64,000 nt of DNA from Monocercomonoides exilis PA203. Its lineage: Eukaryota > Protista > Preaxostyla. Positions within the stretch are counted from its first letter, which is position 1. The number at the start of each line of letters is the position of its first letter. The stretch is taken from positions 744,001 through 808,000 of the forward strand of contig LSRY02000044.1 in assembly GCA_001643675.2 (NCBI GenBank). The letters run 5' to 3'. The notes beneath the pieces were generated by a model. The model searched no databases and had not been told where the DNA came from. It saw only the letters and a list, made by a program, of their open reading frames with translations. A program made the translations under genes and the position numbers. Shown piece after piece: positions 46,601 to 58,889 of the stretch.

Positions 46601-48568
46601 AAATGAATTTGAAGAAGAAGAGGAAGGTGAAAACGTTGATGAGGAAACTATTGATCTTGATGGCAAAGAGGTTGTATTCATCAGAGATTCATTTGCATTG
46701 TAATTGTCAGTTGGCTCAGATGATGAAATGACCAAGTCAGATTCATCAATTTCGCGGTTCGGCTTAGAAGCAGGTGCAGGTGATGAGTCAGTCGAAGAAT
46801 GAAGAGGCGAAGAAAACTGCGATGATTCAGGCAACTCATTTGTTTCTATTGGCATTTCTGAAGAGGACTGAAGAGGATGAAAAGTGTCTGAAGGAATACC
46901 TCTGTTATTATTATTATTATTATTATTAATATTTGAAGCAGATAGTGTTTTAGTGATGGGAGAAGAAATGACAAAGTCGCTTTTTCCAATTTGGGGTGAA
47001 GAGGAGTTGTGTGGTGGAGTGTTTTTAATAAACGATGATGCGAAAGAGGTCGAAGGCAGTTGAGGGGACTTCCTTCGCGAAAGCACTTGAATTGTGTATT
47101 CGTAGTTGTCGTCTGGGAGCCTTGTGGATGGAAGGAGGGTCGGATATGAAGTGTTGGATGTGCTCAGGAAAGGCAGAAGAGGCGAAGTGGATGTTGGCAC
47201 AAAAGTGTCTGTAGAAGAAGATGATGATGTGGATGATGACGACGATGAAGTGGAGGATGAATTGGCGGATGATGTCTGCATTTCAAAAGAAGTAGATGAA
47301 AAGTCTTCGTTCTGACTGTCTTTCTGCTGCTTCAAAAAAGGTGATGTGAGACTTGAGCCAAATGGGTCTTTCTCTTCTTCCATTTGCTTCTTCCTTCTCT
47401 CTTCAAATGAACGTGTTTGTGAAAGATAAGAGGCGTCTCCTTGCTGATTTTGAATTTCTCGCCTTCTTTCCCAATTTAAGGGCATACCAGCTGGCTTCGT
47501 TCGAAATGTGTCTCTGCTTGTGTATTGCAAAGGATCTTCTTGTAATGAATTCCCGAATGATATCAAACTCTGTCTGAAACGTTCGTTTGGAGAGAAGCGG
47601 AACATGTTGCTCTGACTTTTCCAGACGGAGCTGCGTTGGTCTATATGCGACAATTCTCTTGTTTTATCTCTCAGAATTTCCGAATTTCGAAGCGATTCGG
47701 TTCTTTCTTTTTTCAGTGTGTTTTGCTCAGAATTACGTGAAGATGTTGGAGGCGTCACAATATCATCAGAAAGTAATGGAGGCAAATGAGAGTTAGACAA
47801 AGTGCGACGCTTGAGATCAGGGGGTGATACGCCTTCTCTTAAAAATTTTCGGGAATGACTTCTTTCCAGATGCTCAACATTGTTCAATTCACATGTATTT
47901 TCAATATTCTCCATTTTCTCATCATCACAGTTTTGTGAATCAAGCAAAATTTCATTACCTTCATTTTCTATAGAGGTGTTTGAAATTAGGTTGGTTGTCG
48001 ATTCCTTTGAGGATAATTTTCCTTTCTCAATATCTTTCGGTCTAGGCCTGTTTTGATGTTTACGCTGTGGATGTTCGTTTTGAGTTTCAGTAACTGGCTG
48101 AAAAACGCTCTGAAGAGTTTTTTCTTCGAGTCCAGTTGAGGACTTTATTTTATAAGAAAAAGGAGGTAAGCTAATTGTGGAAAAATCTTTTCCTTCAGAA
48201 TACTCCTTCTTAACGATTGTAGACGAAGTATTTGGAAAATCTTGATTATCACATTCACTGTTGCAAATATCTGTATTAGACTGATAATATTCATTCGCAT
48301 CTGCTTCATGTAATACTATCGATTTAGCAAAAAGTAATTCATCTGAAGTTTTCTCTATATCCCGCATAGATAATTCTCGTTCAAAAATTGCATGTCTTTC
48401 TTTTGAATTTTTTCGATTTTTACGACTTCTTGAAGGTGTTGTATCATTTTCTGCATTGGAGGTTATTATTGATTTGTTATTTAATCTTGTTTTAAACAAT
48501 TCTGCAACTTCATTAACTTCTAAAGCTTGTCCTTCAGAATCTTCTGTATCATCAAATTTCTTTGACAT
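43615..48568 (-). CDS. large coiled-coil protein with C-terminal C3HC4 RING finger (putative E3 ligase), ~6 exons
   Basis: CRRC..PVTFIPCGHTLCRSC...CPDC..VRNFVIEELV in exon ~43931-44150; upstream exons 45923-48568 and 44871-45842 are low-complexity/coiled-coil; last exon ends LPKPK*. Confidence 0.75.
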
Positions 48569-48745
48569 GATACAGTCTCTTTGTAACCTACAAAATAGCT
48601 TTTATTCCCCCAAACGCAGAAATAATTACCAGTTATTTTGACCCTTACTTATTTTTAAATATGCTTTTTTGTTTGGTTTTTCATTTCATTATAAACTTTT
48701 TAAGAAAAGCAAAAATTTTATGTTTGACAACGGTTTATTTTATCA

Positions 48746-50731
48746 TTAACCAATGTGAGGAGGACTCATAAAAATCTTTCCTTTCTTTGCTAATTCACAT
48801 ATATTGTTAAACTTCGTTGCAGAAGGATGATGAGCTTCTTCCAATGCTGCTGCGAATGATTCCTGATGCGAAATCAGACATTTGTAGAAACGTTTTCTAT
48901 CGGTCTCTTCTCTAAGAAGACACGATTCCACCAGTGCAATAAAAGACACAATACACGGAGCAGTATTAGCTGATGGAGAGAGCTCAAAGCAGTGTTCAAC
49001 AAAAACATGCAAGTCATTCTGATTAAATGAAGTGTGATTGCGAAATTCTGACATTGGCAAAGAAATCGAACATGTGTTGAAAAATCATTAAAATATCGTC
49101 AAAATTAAAATTTATACAAAATTAGCAAACTGAGAAAACGAGTGTGATACAATGCCCCAAGCAAGTCCATGAGACCTTTCATGCTTTCTTCAGCAACTGG
49201 ATCGCGATACACATCAACCACACTTTTCCCGGCAGCTCTGATTTTCAGCTGTTTCAGCGGGATGACTTCGGGAAGGAGGGGAATTATGTCTTCTCTCACG
49301 CCCATTTCTGTCTCTCCCACAAATTCTGCACTTTTTGCGCTTTGCTCAAAAATAGCAGCTCTGTCAGCTTCATCCTCCAAATCCATCGCACTCCCTCCTT
49401 TCTGCTCCAAAAGCTGCCTTTTCTTTCGTATTCTCTGCTCGCTGGCCATTTCATCAGCCACAGAATATTCTTGTTTCAGTCCCAGCTGCTGCAGTGTCAT
49501 CTCGTTTACAATCAGACTTGCCGGACAAAAATGAGCAAGACATCCCAAAAACAGCTCTTGGAAGAGCTGCCATTTTTGCAAAAGAGGGGAAATAAAATAC
49601 GCAAAATTGAAGGCTGCTTCCGTTTTGTTGCAAATCTGTGTTTGCGATTGAACCTATTTACGAATTATTAGGATCAATTATCATTTCATTTCAGAATATA
49701 TAATAATATAAAAGCATTAAAAAATCAATTGATAGACAAAACTAAATCAATGAAAAATATATATATATATATATTTGTTTATTTGAAATTACTTTTATTC
49801 ACCACAAATAATCATTCGTCGATATTGTAAAAAAGCATTTGCATACCACAATAACCAACAGCAGTTCAGTCATCACTTCTTCAAGCAGTTCGTTTCCGTT
49901 TCCTTTCCATTCTATTTCCTCCCACAGCTCCTCCACAGCCGCAGTCTTTTCGGCTATCTGATTCCAAGTGAAACTTAATTGGTTTGCAAACTTCATCATT
50001 TCTTTCTGATACATTCTCTCTCCCATTGGCTTCGAGAGCAACTGCTGCAGGCAACGCCTGAACAAACTTCGGAGGGATAATCGTTCTGTTATATCTTTTT
50101 GTAACTCCAATAATGAGCCAGGCAGTGAATTGTGAGAGACAAATACTTCATAGTTACTTTGATCCAGTAATGAAGAAAAACCTGACGATGGAGAGAGATA
50201 CAAATGAGTTATGGAAAATTGCTTCGAAGGCTGAAAAACGTTTCGTCTTGAGTCTTCACTTTTTTCAGAAGTCTGGAAAATATTTTGTTGAGTAATTGAA
50301 GGCATCATAAATTCATTTGACTGAGAAAGCGGTTGTGAACTTAGAGGATATGTAAAAGAAGTCAAAACATTTGAAGTCAGCTCACTTGATGCAAGCTCAT
50401 TATCATTTTTTGGAAATTGTTCCACTTGATAATTTTCAGAAGGAACAGTTTGCATGGAAAATAACGGGGTAAAATCTTTCGCTTTGGGATTTAATGTACG
50501 TGGTTTATCAGTTTTGCTTGAGTTAGGTTGTTCATTTTCAATTTTCTGAGGAGATAACTGTATTTCTTTATTATCAGGTGTTGGAAGCTGTTCCTTTTCA
50601 TATTTGAATTCAAAATCTGGAATTGTTTGAGTCTCTTTGTCAAATTTTTCTTCGTTCGCTGATTTTTCATCTTGCTCAATTGATACAAATCTGCTAATGA
50701 TAGGTTCAATATAATTATCATCATTCAACAT
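48746..50731 (-). CDS. 3-exon protein with PAM2-like motif and helical C-terminal domain
   Basis: ORFs 49799-50731, 49105-49581 and 48746-49060 joined by GT-AG introns; LNPKAKDFTP at 50465-50494. Confidence 0.65.
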
Positions 50732-51333
50732 TGTTCTTTGATATTTAGCTTTTGAAAAAATAAATATTCATTAAAGTCATATATTATATATAATAAATCA
50801 AACAAGAATGCAAAAGAATGGTATCTTTCTAAATTAAATCAAAATTTAAGCAAAAAACAAATTATAATTTCATACGGTTATTTGTTGATAAATTTCGCTC
50901 ATTTGCTTTTTAGCAATAACTTTACTATTTTTAGATATCAAAAAACTCATTTCAACAAAATGTGCTTCCTTAATATATAAGTTAAGAAATAAATAACATT
51001 TGATCTATTCCATTTTTATTCATGATATGAATTGACTGATGAATAAAGAATTTTTAAATAATTTTGAATTTATAGACTTGAAATCTTTCACCAACACAAT
51101 ATTTCGTTTATTTTGATTTCAACTATAATATTTTTTTCATTTTATTTTTCTAATTCTTTTTTTCAAAAAATCAAAACATTGCTATAATCCACTTGTTCTT
51201 ATATATAAATTATTCGCCAATGCTATAGGAAATATGTTCAAGAGTTTGATTTTTTTTTTATAATTTTGTTTTTAAAAATCTTGATGAGCCATTATTTGTT
51301 TGCTTTTATAAAAGAGGAAAGATTTTGATAAAC

Positions 51334-53223
51334 ATGAGAGGTCTGAATTGAAATAAAGATGATTTATATTTTAATAATGTTACTTTATGATGCTGATTTT
51401 GTTTTCTTTTTATTTAGCAACAAAAGCTTCATCAATGGCAATAAGAATTTTTGCAATTATTCTTGCAATTCTTTTCGTTTTCCTAACGGTTTTGGGAATT
51501 ATTTTTGCTGCTATGTTTAAAGGAGCTTTTATGGTTGGAGCGGCTGTTATTATCTTTGGGTTGATTGGATTGGCAATATCAATTTTTGGTATTATTGGAG
51601 CATCATTCGGCCGTAATAGAAACCCAAAGCTCGCATTATGTCTTAGCATATTTTTCGCTGGAATAGCTACATTATTTGTTGTTTTGTTAATCGTTGGATT
51701 GATGTGCATCTGCATGCAGCCAACTGTTCATTATGCCATTGCATTTTCAGCCAATGAGCTGAAAGTTATTTTCGGAAAACTCCCAAATAATTTTTCAGAA
51801 AACATTGCAGGATTTTTGAATAGCGTTGCACGATCGTTAAATGTGCTGGCAATCATTTGTTTCGTTATCTCAGGCGTTTTACTTTTTGCATGCATTATAA
51901 CTGGAGTGCAACTTGGACTTCCTTTCTTTTTAAAGGTTTTCTTTATCTAATTTTTTATATGAACATCGTATGATTTTCTGCAAAAATAGACATTGATATT
52001 TTTTGGCTGTATTATTTTAGTAATCATTAGCATTATTTTAATTGCTGTTGCTGCCTTTTTCTTCCGTCCATCTCGCGCATCTGAAAATAAGGCTGTTTTG
52101 CCAAGTGGACTCTTCTCCCTTCTGATTGTCTTCGCAGTCATTTTGTTATTGTCTGCTATTTTGGGACTTGTATCAACTCTTTTGAAGCACAAAAAGCGAC
52201 TATTGCTGTGGATTTTGCTTGTTGCCAATTCAGTGATAGCATTGTCCTTCTTTGTGTTGTTTATTGTGTCATTGTCTATCAAAGGAGCATTTTTCAATAA
52301 AGTTGAGGATACATGCAGAGCAAACAGCGCAGAATGCAAAAGTCTGCTGGGCTGGCTCCAGAAAAACGAGTGTATGGACAAGAAGACGGAAACAGAGAAA
52401 CAAAAGTGCATCAACAGCATAACAGTCGAAAGAGTCATCATTTTGATGGAAGATGCACTGGGAGGCTGGCTTATGATTGCAGGCATTGTCAGCTTAATCA
52501 TATTTTGTATTCTACTATTGATGGTTCTGGCAACCTTACTTCATTTGAAAAAGGTTTGTTTGATTTTCATAAAAAAAAAAGATAAGAAAAAGAGAAAGCT
52601 GCTCAACAATGCGTTTGAAGAACAGTGAAATGGTCATTTACACTCATCTGCTCATTAACTTCCTGATATTTATTATACGTCAAAAAAGAAGTAGTTTTTT
52701 TATTGTTTTATTTCAATCTTTTTTTCTTTCTTAATGAAAATTTTATTTCGTTTTTTCATTGTCAATTTATCCTTTTTTGTGATTCTGTATTTCCAACTGT
52801 CTTTCTGTTGTTTTATTTCAGCCTGAGCTTTTTGCCACGCCTTCCAAGCCGATTCTTCCAGGCCACATTTCAACTCAGACCACAATTCCTGAAACGGAAT
52901 ACGAGGCCAAGGCGTCTGTGTACAAGATGCAGTCTTCTAAGGCAGACAAGAGACACCCGTCGATGTCGCTTAATTCGTCTTCTCAGCAGAACTCGACACA
53001 AACAAGAGAGCTTCTTCTGAACGAGGAAGTGACTGATATTTCTGATGATGTTGTTTCTGATTCTAATTCATCGACTTCTCGGTCGCTTCTGCAAAACGAA
53101 TCGAAAAGCAGCAACTCATCAACTTCATTTTCTTCCCCTCTTTTGAGCGATACTTCCGAAGTGTATACATCAGCATCTCTTTCTTCTTCAAGTGCAAGAG
53201 AAGAAGGAGAGGCAACAATTTGA
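51334..53223 (+). CDS. polytopic membrane protein with two tandem tetraspanin-like 4-TM units and Ser-rich tail, 4 exons
   Basis: Micro-exon ATGAGAG, two exons each with 3 TM + loop + 1 TM, final exon 52822-53223. Confidence 0.75.
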
Positions 53224-53411
53224 AAGATTCTTTTGTGTTTTTTGTGATTTGAGTATTTTTTTTTCAGTTGTCAAGCTTTCTAAGATGTATTATTATTTGT
53301 GTACTCTTTTTTCAAATCATTTGAAAGGGTTGATTATAGTTTTGGAATTTGTATCATGGAGAAAATAAAACCATAATAATATCATTTCATATTTACCGTT
53401 CAGGGCAATTT

Positions 53412-54741
53412 ATGAGTAGAGGGGCATCTGAATTGGTTTTATCGGGGAAAAAATTAGTACAAATTCCTCCTGGATTACCAGCAGACTTACAAATTCTTTG
53501 GCTGAATGATAATGATGTTTGATGAAAAATAAATTAAATTAATTGAATCATGTTTTTTCTTCGCCTGAAAGATAACTCAAATATCGAATGTTAATCACCT
53601 TTATAGATTGAAGCAACTTTATTTAAGCGGCAATCAAATTTCGGATTTGGAAGACTCTTTGCGTTATTTTAGAAACCTTGAAGGTTTTCGACAATTTTTT
53701 TTTTATTCTTATTGACATACATAATATTTTGTATATCACCGTTAGTGCTATCTCTTTCTAACAATAAATTGAGAGATTTGGACAAGACAGTGAAATCACT
53801 TTCATATCTCAAAAATTTAAAACAAATAGGTGTGATGATAAAAAAGCATTTAAAATTATTTTTTTTATAAAACTCTTGGAACATATAAGATTTGAGCGGG
53901 AACAGAATAGCAGATGACGAGCAATATCGGTCGGCCATTATATCAGCTTTGCCAACGATTGAACTTTTTGACAATCATGGTTTAAAATTGTGAGAATTGT
54001 TTTTCTGATGAAAGCTAAATAAATTTTTTTTTAAACGATATTTTTAGTTGTGACAAAAGAAGAGAAAACAGCTTATTTAAGTTCTGCTTTAGGCAAAAAG
54101 AAACAAGCAAAAATACCTTTGGCGTTTGGGAAGTGCTTGCCTCGAGATCAAATCAATCAGACTCAGCTGTCCAGATCGCAAAGTCAGCCAAAAGAGAGAG
54201 AAAGAGCCACATCAACTGTTTCTCCTGGGATTGCACGGTCTGGTTCAGCATCGTCCGGAGGGAAAAGAAAAGGTAGCCAATTGTTGACTGCTGAATCTGT
54301 TTGCACACGAGACTTGTCCAAATATGTTGCGAAAGTGAGGTCTCAGAGAGCTGCTGCAGAAAAAGCTGAGCTCGAGGCAAAAGTGTGTTGTTGTTTATTT
54401 GCAAGCATTTAATATTTTTATTTTATTCCTCTATGATGATGCATCATGCCAATCAACCTCAGTTTCTGAAAGAAAGAGAATTAAGCCGGCCAAAAGAATT
54501 GCCCCGTTCTGTTCCAGTTCCAACATTTATGCAGCCTTCTTCCACTTCGTCCACTTCACCTTTGTCTTCTTCTCTTCCTTCTTATGGCTTTGACAGTGAG
54601 GACATTGTCTTTGAACGAAAGAAAGATACAATTAAAGAAAAGCAAAGAAAGGATATATTTATTTCAAGATCAATTTCCGAAACATCTTCTCAAAAAAGAG
54701 AAAAACACAAAGAACTTACAATCCACCAAACAAAGTTGTGA
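53412..54741 (+). CDS. small LRR protein (LRRC72/SDS22-like with LRRcap), multi-exon
   Basis: LQILWLNDND|I, LYRLKQLYLSGNQISDL, LSLSNNKLRDL, DLSGNRIADDEQYRSAIISALPTIELFDNH..TKEEK; mostly missed by the ORF track. Confidence 0.75.
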
Positions 54742-54984
54742 TTTGTTCAGTTTGTGTCCTGTTTGATATTTTGCAATGTTTCTGCTTTGCTCTGAATTTG
54801 AAAATTTTCTTCTAACTGTTCAATTTTGGTTAATTTTTGATTTTTCATGTCATTTTTGAATCATATCACTTCATACACTAATATTTTTGTTATGACACTT
54901 ATTGATTATACTAGCCATTGAAGAAACAAGGAAAGAAATACTCTTTCAGAATAAATGGAAAATTTCTTGTCCCATATTATTATT

Positions 54985-56966
54985 ATGTCGTTATCTCAGT
55001 CATTGTTGCTTACGATATTCAGGTGCAGAGATTTGCCAAATCATCGACATTCACCTCCAAAAGCTTATTGCACAGTACGTGTTGATGGCTTAGCACCTCA
55101 AACAACCACAGTCTCAGCAACAGCAACTTGCAATCCAATTTTTAATCATAGTATTGTCTTTTTTGAAAATGATTATCATAATTTTGTAAACTTTTTTGAG
55201 ATTTTCCATTTAATTTATCTGAGGCTCAGGCTCGCTTTTTAGAAATTGAAGTTTGGGATTTTGGGGATTCTTCTCCTGATTTTTTGGCATCGTGCAAAAT
55301 AAATGTTTGCATTTGAAGAATTTCATTTAAAAATTTTTTAAAATTTACAAATAATTCAAATCAAAAATGAAAATACTTTGGACGATTTTAAAATTTTGAT
55401 TTTTCAGATTGACACTTTTGCCAATTCCAAAACTTCCTCAACGTTTATTCTTTCAACAGATGACGGGGATCTTGGGGGAGAAATAGATGTAATGATAGAT
55501 TATCGCATACCACTCACGGGACCTGCATCATCAGAATCAACTGATGTTACAGCTTTACAAAAAAAGGTTGGAGAGCTGGAAAATGAAGTTGAAAGGTATA
55601 AGCGTATGCTGGATGCTGTTGAAGTATCTCTTAACATGACAGATAACATACCATTTGCAACACTTCTCGCAACAAGGGCAAACTTCATTAATGATAATCT
55701 TGTATCTGCATTGTTTAATATGTTTTATTATTCAAATCGTGTTATTGATGCAGCCGACGCTGAAAACGAAGCTAAGCACTTCATTGGTCCAGACCGAACT
55801 CCTGTTTTATCAAAAGCGTTTTTGACTTCTAAAGCAACTTGCGATTTTCCATTTACGTCGAAAATCCCGTTGACTGCAACGAGATCGCCGTTATCATTTA
55901 CATCTTTGTCTTCTCCATTTTCTTCTTCTGATGAACAAGTTCCTTCATCATCATCATCTCCTTCTTCTTCTGCAACGCCTTCGAGTGCTTCTTTGCCTCC
56001 TGTCAGCTATGCAGCCACTCATTTTATGCCTATTCCAAGCCCACTTGCTGGCTTTCTTACCAAATTCAAAGGCGAAGACAAGCTTCTTTCTCTCATTGGA
56101 GGCACATCTCAATCACGGCGTTTGGATGTTGTCACCAGCTGGGCCATCTGCTTTGCCTACAGAGCACGTTTCATTCCAGCCAAGCTGCATCCAGCTGTGA
56201 AAGTGATTGTTGAGGCTATTAAGAGCAGATTCGAAGACATGGAGAACAACTTTCTTTCGCTTTATTATTTGGCATTGTCTCCAGGTTTGCTTTGTGCAGT
56301 CGCACAGAATGATAAATGCGTTTTTGTTTCATCATATTTTTCAATTTAATTTTTTGATTATTCAAAATTGTGATTAAATTTATGCTTTTTGATTTTTATG
56401 CTTTTTGCATTATTTTCTTGAATGTGCAGAGAATCACGCGCTGCTTATGTCTTTGCATGTCCTCGACTTATGCGGCTCTGTTTTCAAGTTTGACCATATT
56501 TATTGTTACATTTTCAGTGTAATTATATAACCTCAATTTTTTCATTGATATTTTGAATATTGTATTTTTATTCATTTTTCGCTACAAAATTGCTGAAAAT
56601 TTTCCATAAACTCAAACCATCAATGCCATCAAAACTTCGACATTTCCTCATCAATGTTCTTTCCAATGCGATTATCTGCTGCCTTCATCAAAATTACCAT
56701 TTTAATTCACATATTTGTTTTTATTTGAAAAATTCAATGAAATTAATTAATACAATGCAACACAAACCACATTTAGTGTTCGATCAAGCGACATGGACAT
56801 CGACTGTGCGCTGTATCCTTTGATTGGCCTTGCTGCAGTTGGAACAGAAGAAACGAGGCTATCAATTAAGAGACTGTTCACAAAGTATAATTTTCTTTGC
56901 TCAAGTAAAAGGACTTTCACTGTTAACAGCGCCAGATTGTATCTTTTGTTGGACGGTCCTTATTAA
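54985..56966 (+). CDS. C2-domain-containing protein, multi-exon
   Basis: LLLTIFRCRDLP..PKAYCTVRV..TCNPIFNH..LEIEVWDFGDSSPDFLASCKI (C2 pattern), then coiled coil and helical region; 3' exons tentative. Confidence 0.7.
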
Positions 56967-57608
56967 CTTTTAAGGATGAAATTTTTATTATTTTTTATAA
57001 AATTCTTCTCTCTCATTCTCTCTCATTATTTTTTAAGCGATGCTTTGAATAAATCATTAACCTGTTGTTGTTTTGCATCTCATTTAAAATATGTTTGTGA
57101 ACCTTTGAAATATTTTATCTTATTGATTTTAAAATTATTTTGCATTGATCTACTCTAATTTAATAACTTGTTCGTGAATGATTCACTTTTTTCTTTCATT
57201 AATATTTTTTTTGTTTTTACTAATTTAAAAATTTCTTGTTATTTCAAAATAAACTTTGAGAAAATCCGATTATATTTGTTTGCTTTTTTATTAACTCATG
57301 ACTTGTATTTTGAAATATTTAATGCGATAATCATTAAACAATTTTTTACAAATACAAAAGAATATTTCATGATCTGATCTGTAATTTTATTTATTGATTA
57401 TTGATTTCTTTATTTTGATATCATATGCCAACATCAATATTTATTACTGATGGATTTGGATTGATATTAAAAAATATAATTTTTAAGTTTTGCTGGGGAA
57501 TATTGCTTTTAGTTGTTATCTGTTTTATTTTTCAACTTGTATGAATTTTTTCTATAAGTTTTTCATGTCGATATTAATTTCTTCAAATAAAAAAAATTTG
57601 ACCATTAG

Positions 57609-58858
57609 TTTCAACTTCCATCGGATTTAAAGGCTATTTTTGATTATGACCCGGCAACATCTTCATACATTGAAGCTTTATTTTGCATGTATATTTCGGC
57701 TTTTATCCAACAAGATAATGTGATTTCTATTTTTTAATTATTTCTCTTTACACAAGGCCTGGGCTGCATGCGATTATGATTTATCGTGTTGCGCATATGC
57801 TTCATAAATGCCATATTCCATATTTACCAAGAATAATATCCACAATTGGAAGATTTCTGACAGACGTTGACATTCATCCAGGAGCAAAATTAGGTATCAA
57901 AAGTTAGATGTTATTTAGATTCCAGAAGTTTTTTTGCATAATTTTTTACTCCATAAATAAAGGAAGGGGTATTATAATCGATCATGGATGCAGTGTAGTT
58001 ATTGGAGAGACGGTCGAAGTGGGAAATAATTGCATCATATACCAAAATGTGACACTTGGAGGTTTAAACACATTTATTCAAATGGAATTCAATATTTTTT
58101 GTGAAAAACAATAAATACTATTTATTTCAAAATTTCTAGGTACTGGAAAAGGAACAAAGGGGCAAAAGAGACATCCGACACTCGGATCGCACGTTGTTGT
58201 GGGGAATGGGGCAAAAATACTTGGCCCAATCAAAGTCGGCGATCGAGTCAGAATTGGGGCTGGATCTGTTGTGCTGAAAGATGTGGACGATGACTGCACT
58301 GTTGTTGGGGTGCCTGGGAGAGTTGTGAGGAAGAAGACAGTCGAAGTTGACAGAAACGAGTTGGAGCACGGAGAAGTTCCGGTATGCTATCTGAAGCATT
58401 ACAAGCTTTTCTGATCATCAATTTTGTTTACATTTTTTATTTGAATTTTTGTATTTTCTTCATGTGCTGAAATCATCAAATGCAACAAATGATATATTTG
58501 AAATAATTCTTTCACAACTTTTGTATTCAATATGCATTTTGTGTTATTTTTGTCTTGTTTCATTAGGATGTGGAAGCGTATGTTATGAAGGATCTGTTCA
58601 AATGGCGGCTGAAGATGACTGAAGAGTTTGAAGGGCTGAAGAAGAGTGTGCAGCTTGTTGGGCAGTGGATGGGCATGTTGGAAGAGAAGAGACTGACAAA
58701 CAGCCAGCACAATTCAGACACAGCAGAAGCAGAATCTGCTGAAAGCAGCAGGCAGACTGACGAAAGGGGAAGAAAAGAGAAAGAGGCAGGCAATGGAATG
58801 GCTGCTATCCCACACGGAATATCTTCAATCTCTTCTTCTCTTACTTATTCTACTGGTA

Positions 58859-58889
<31 letters not shown>

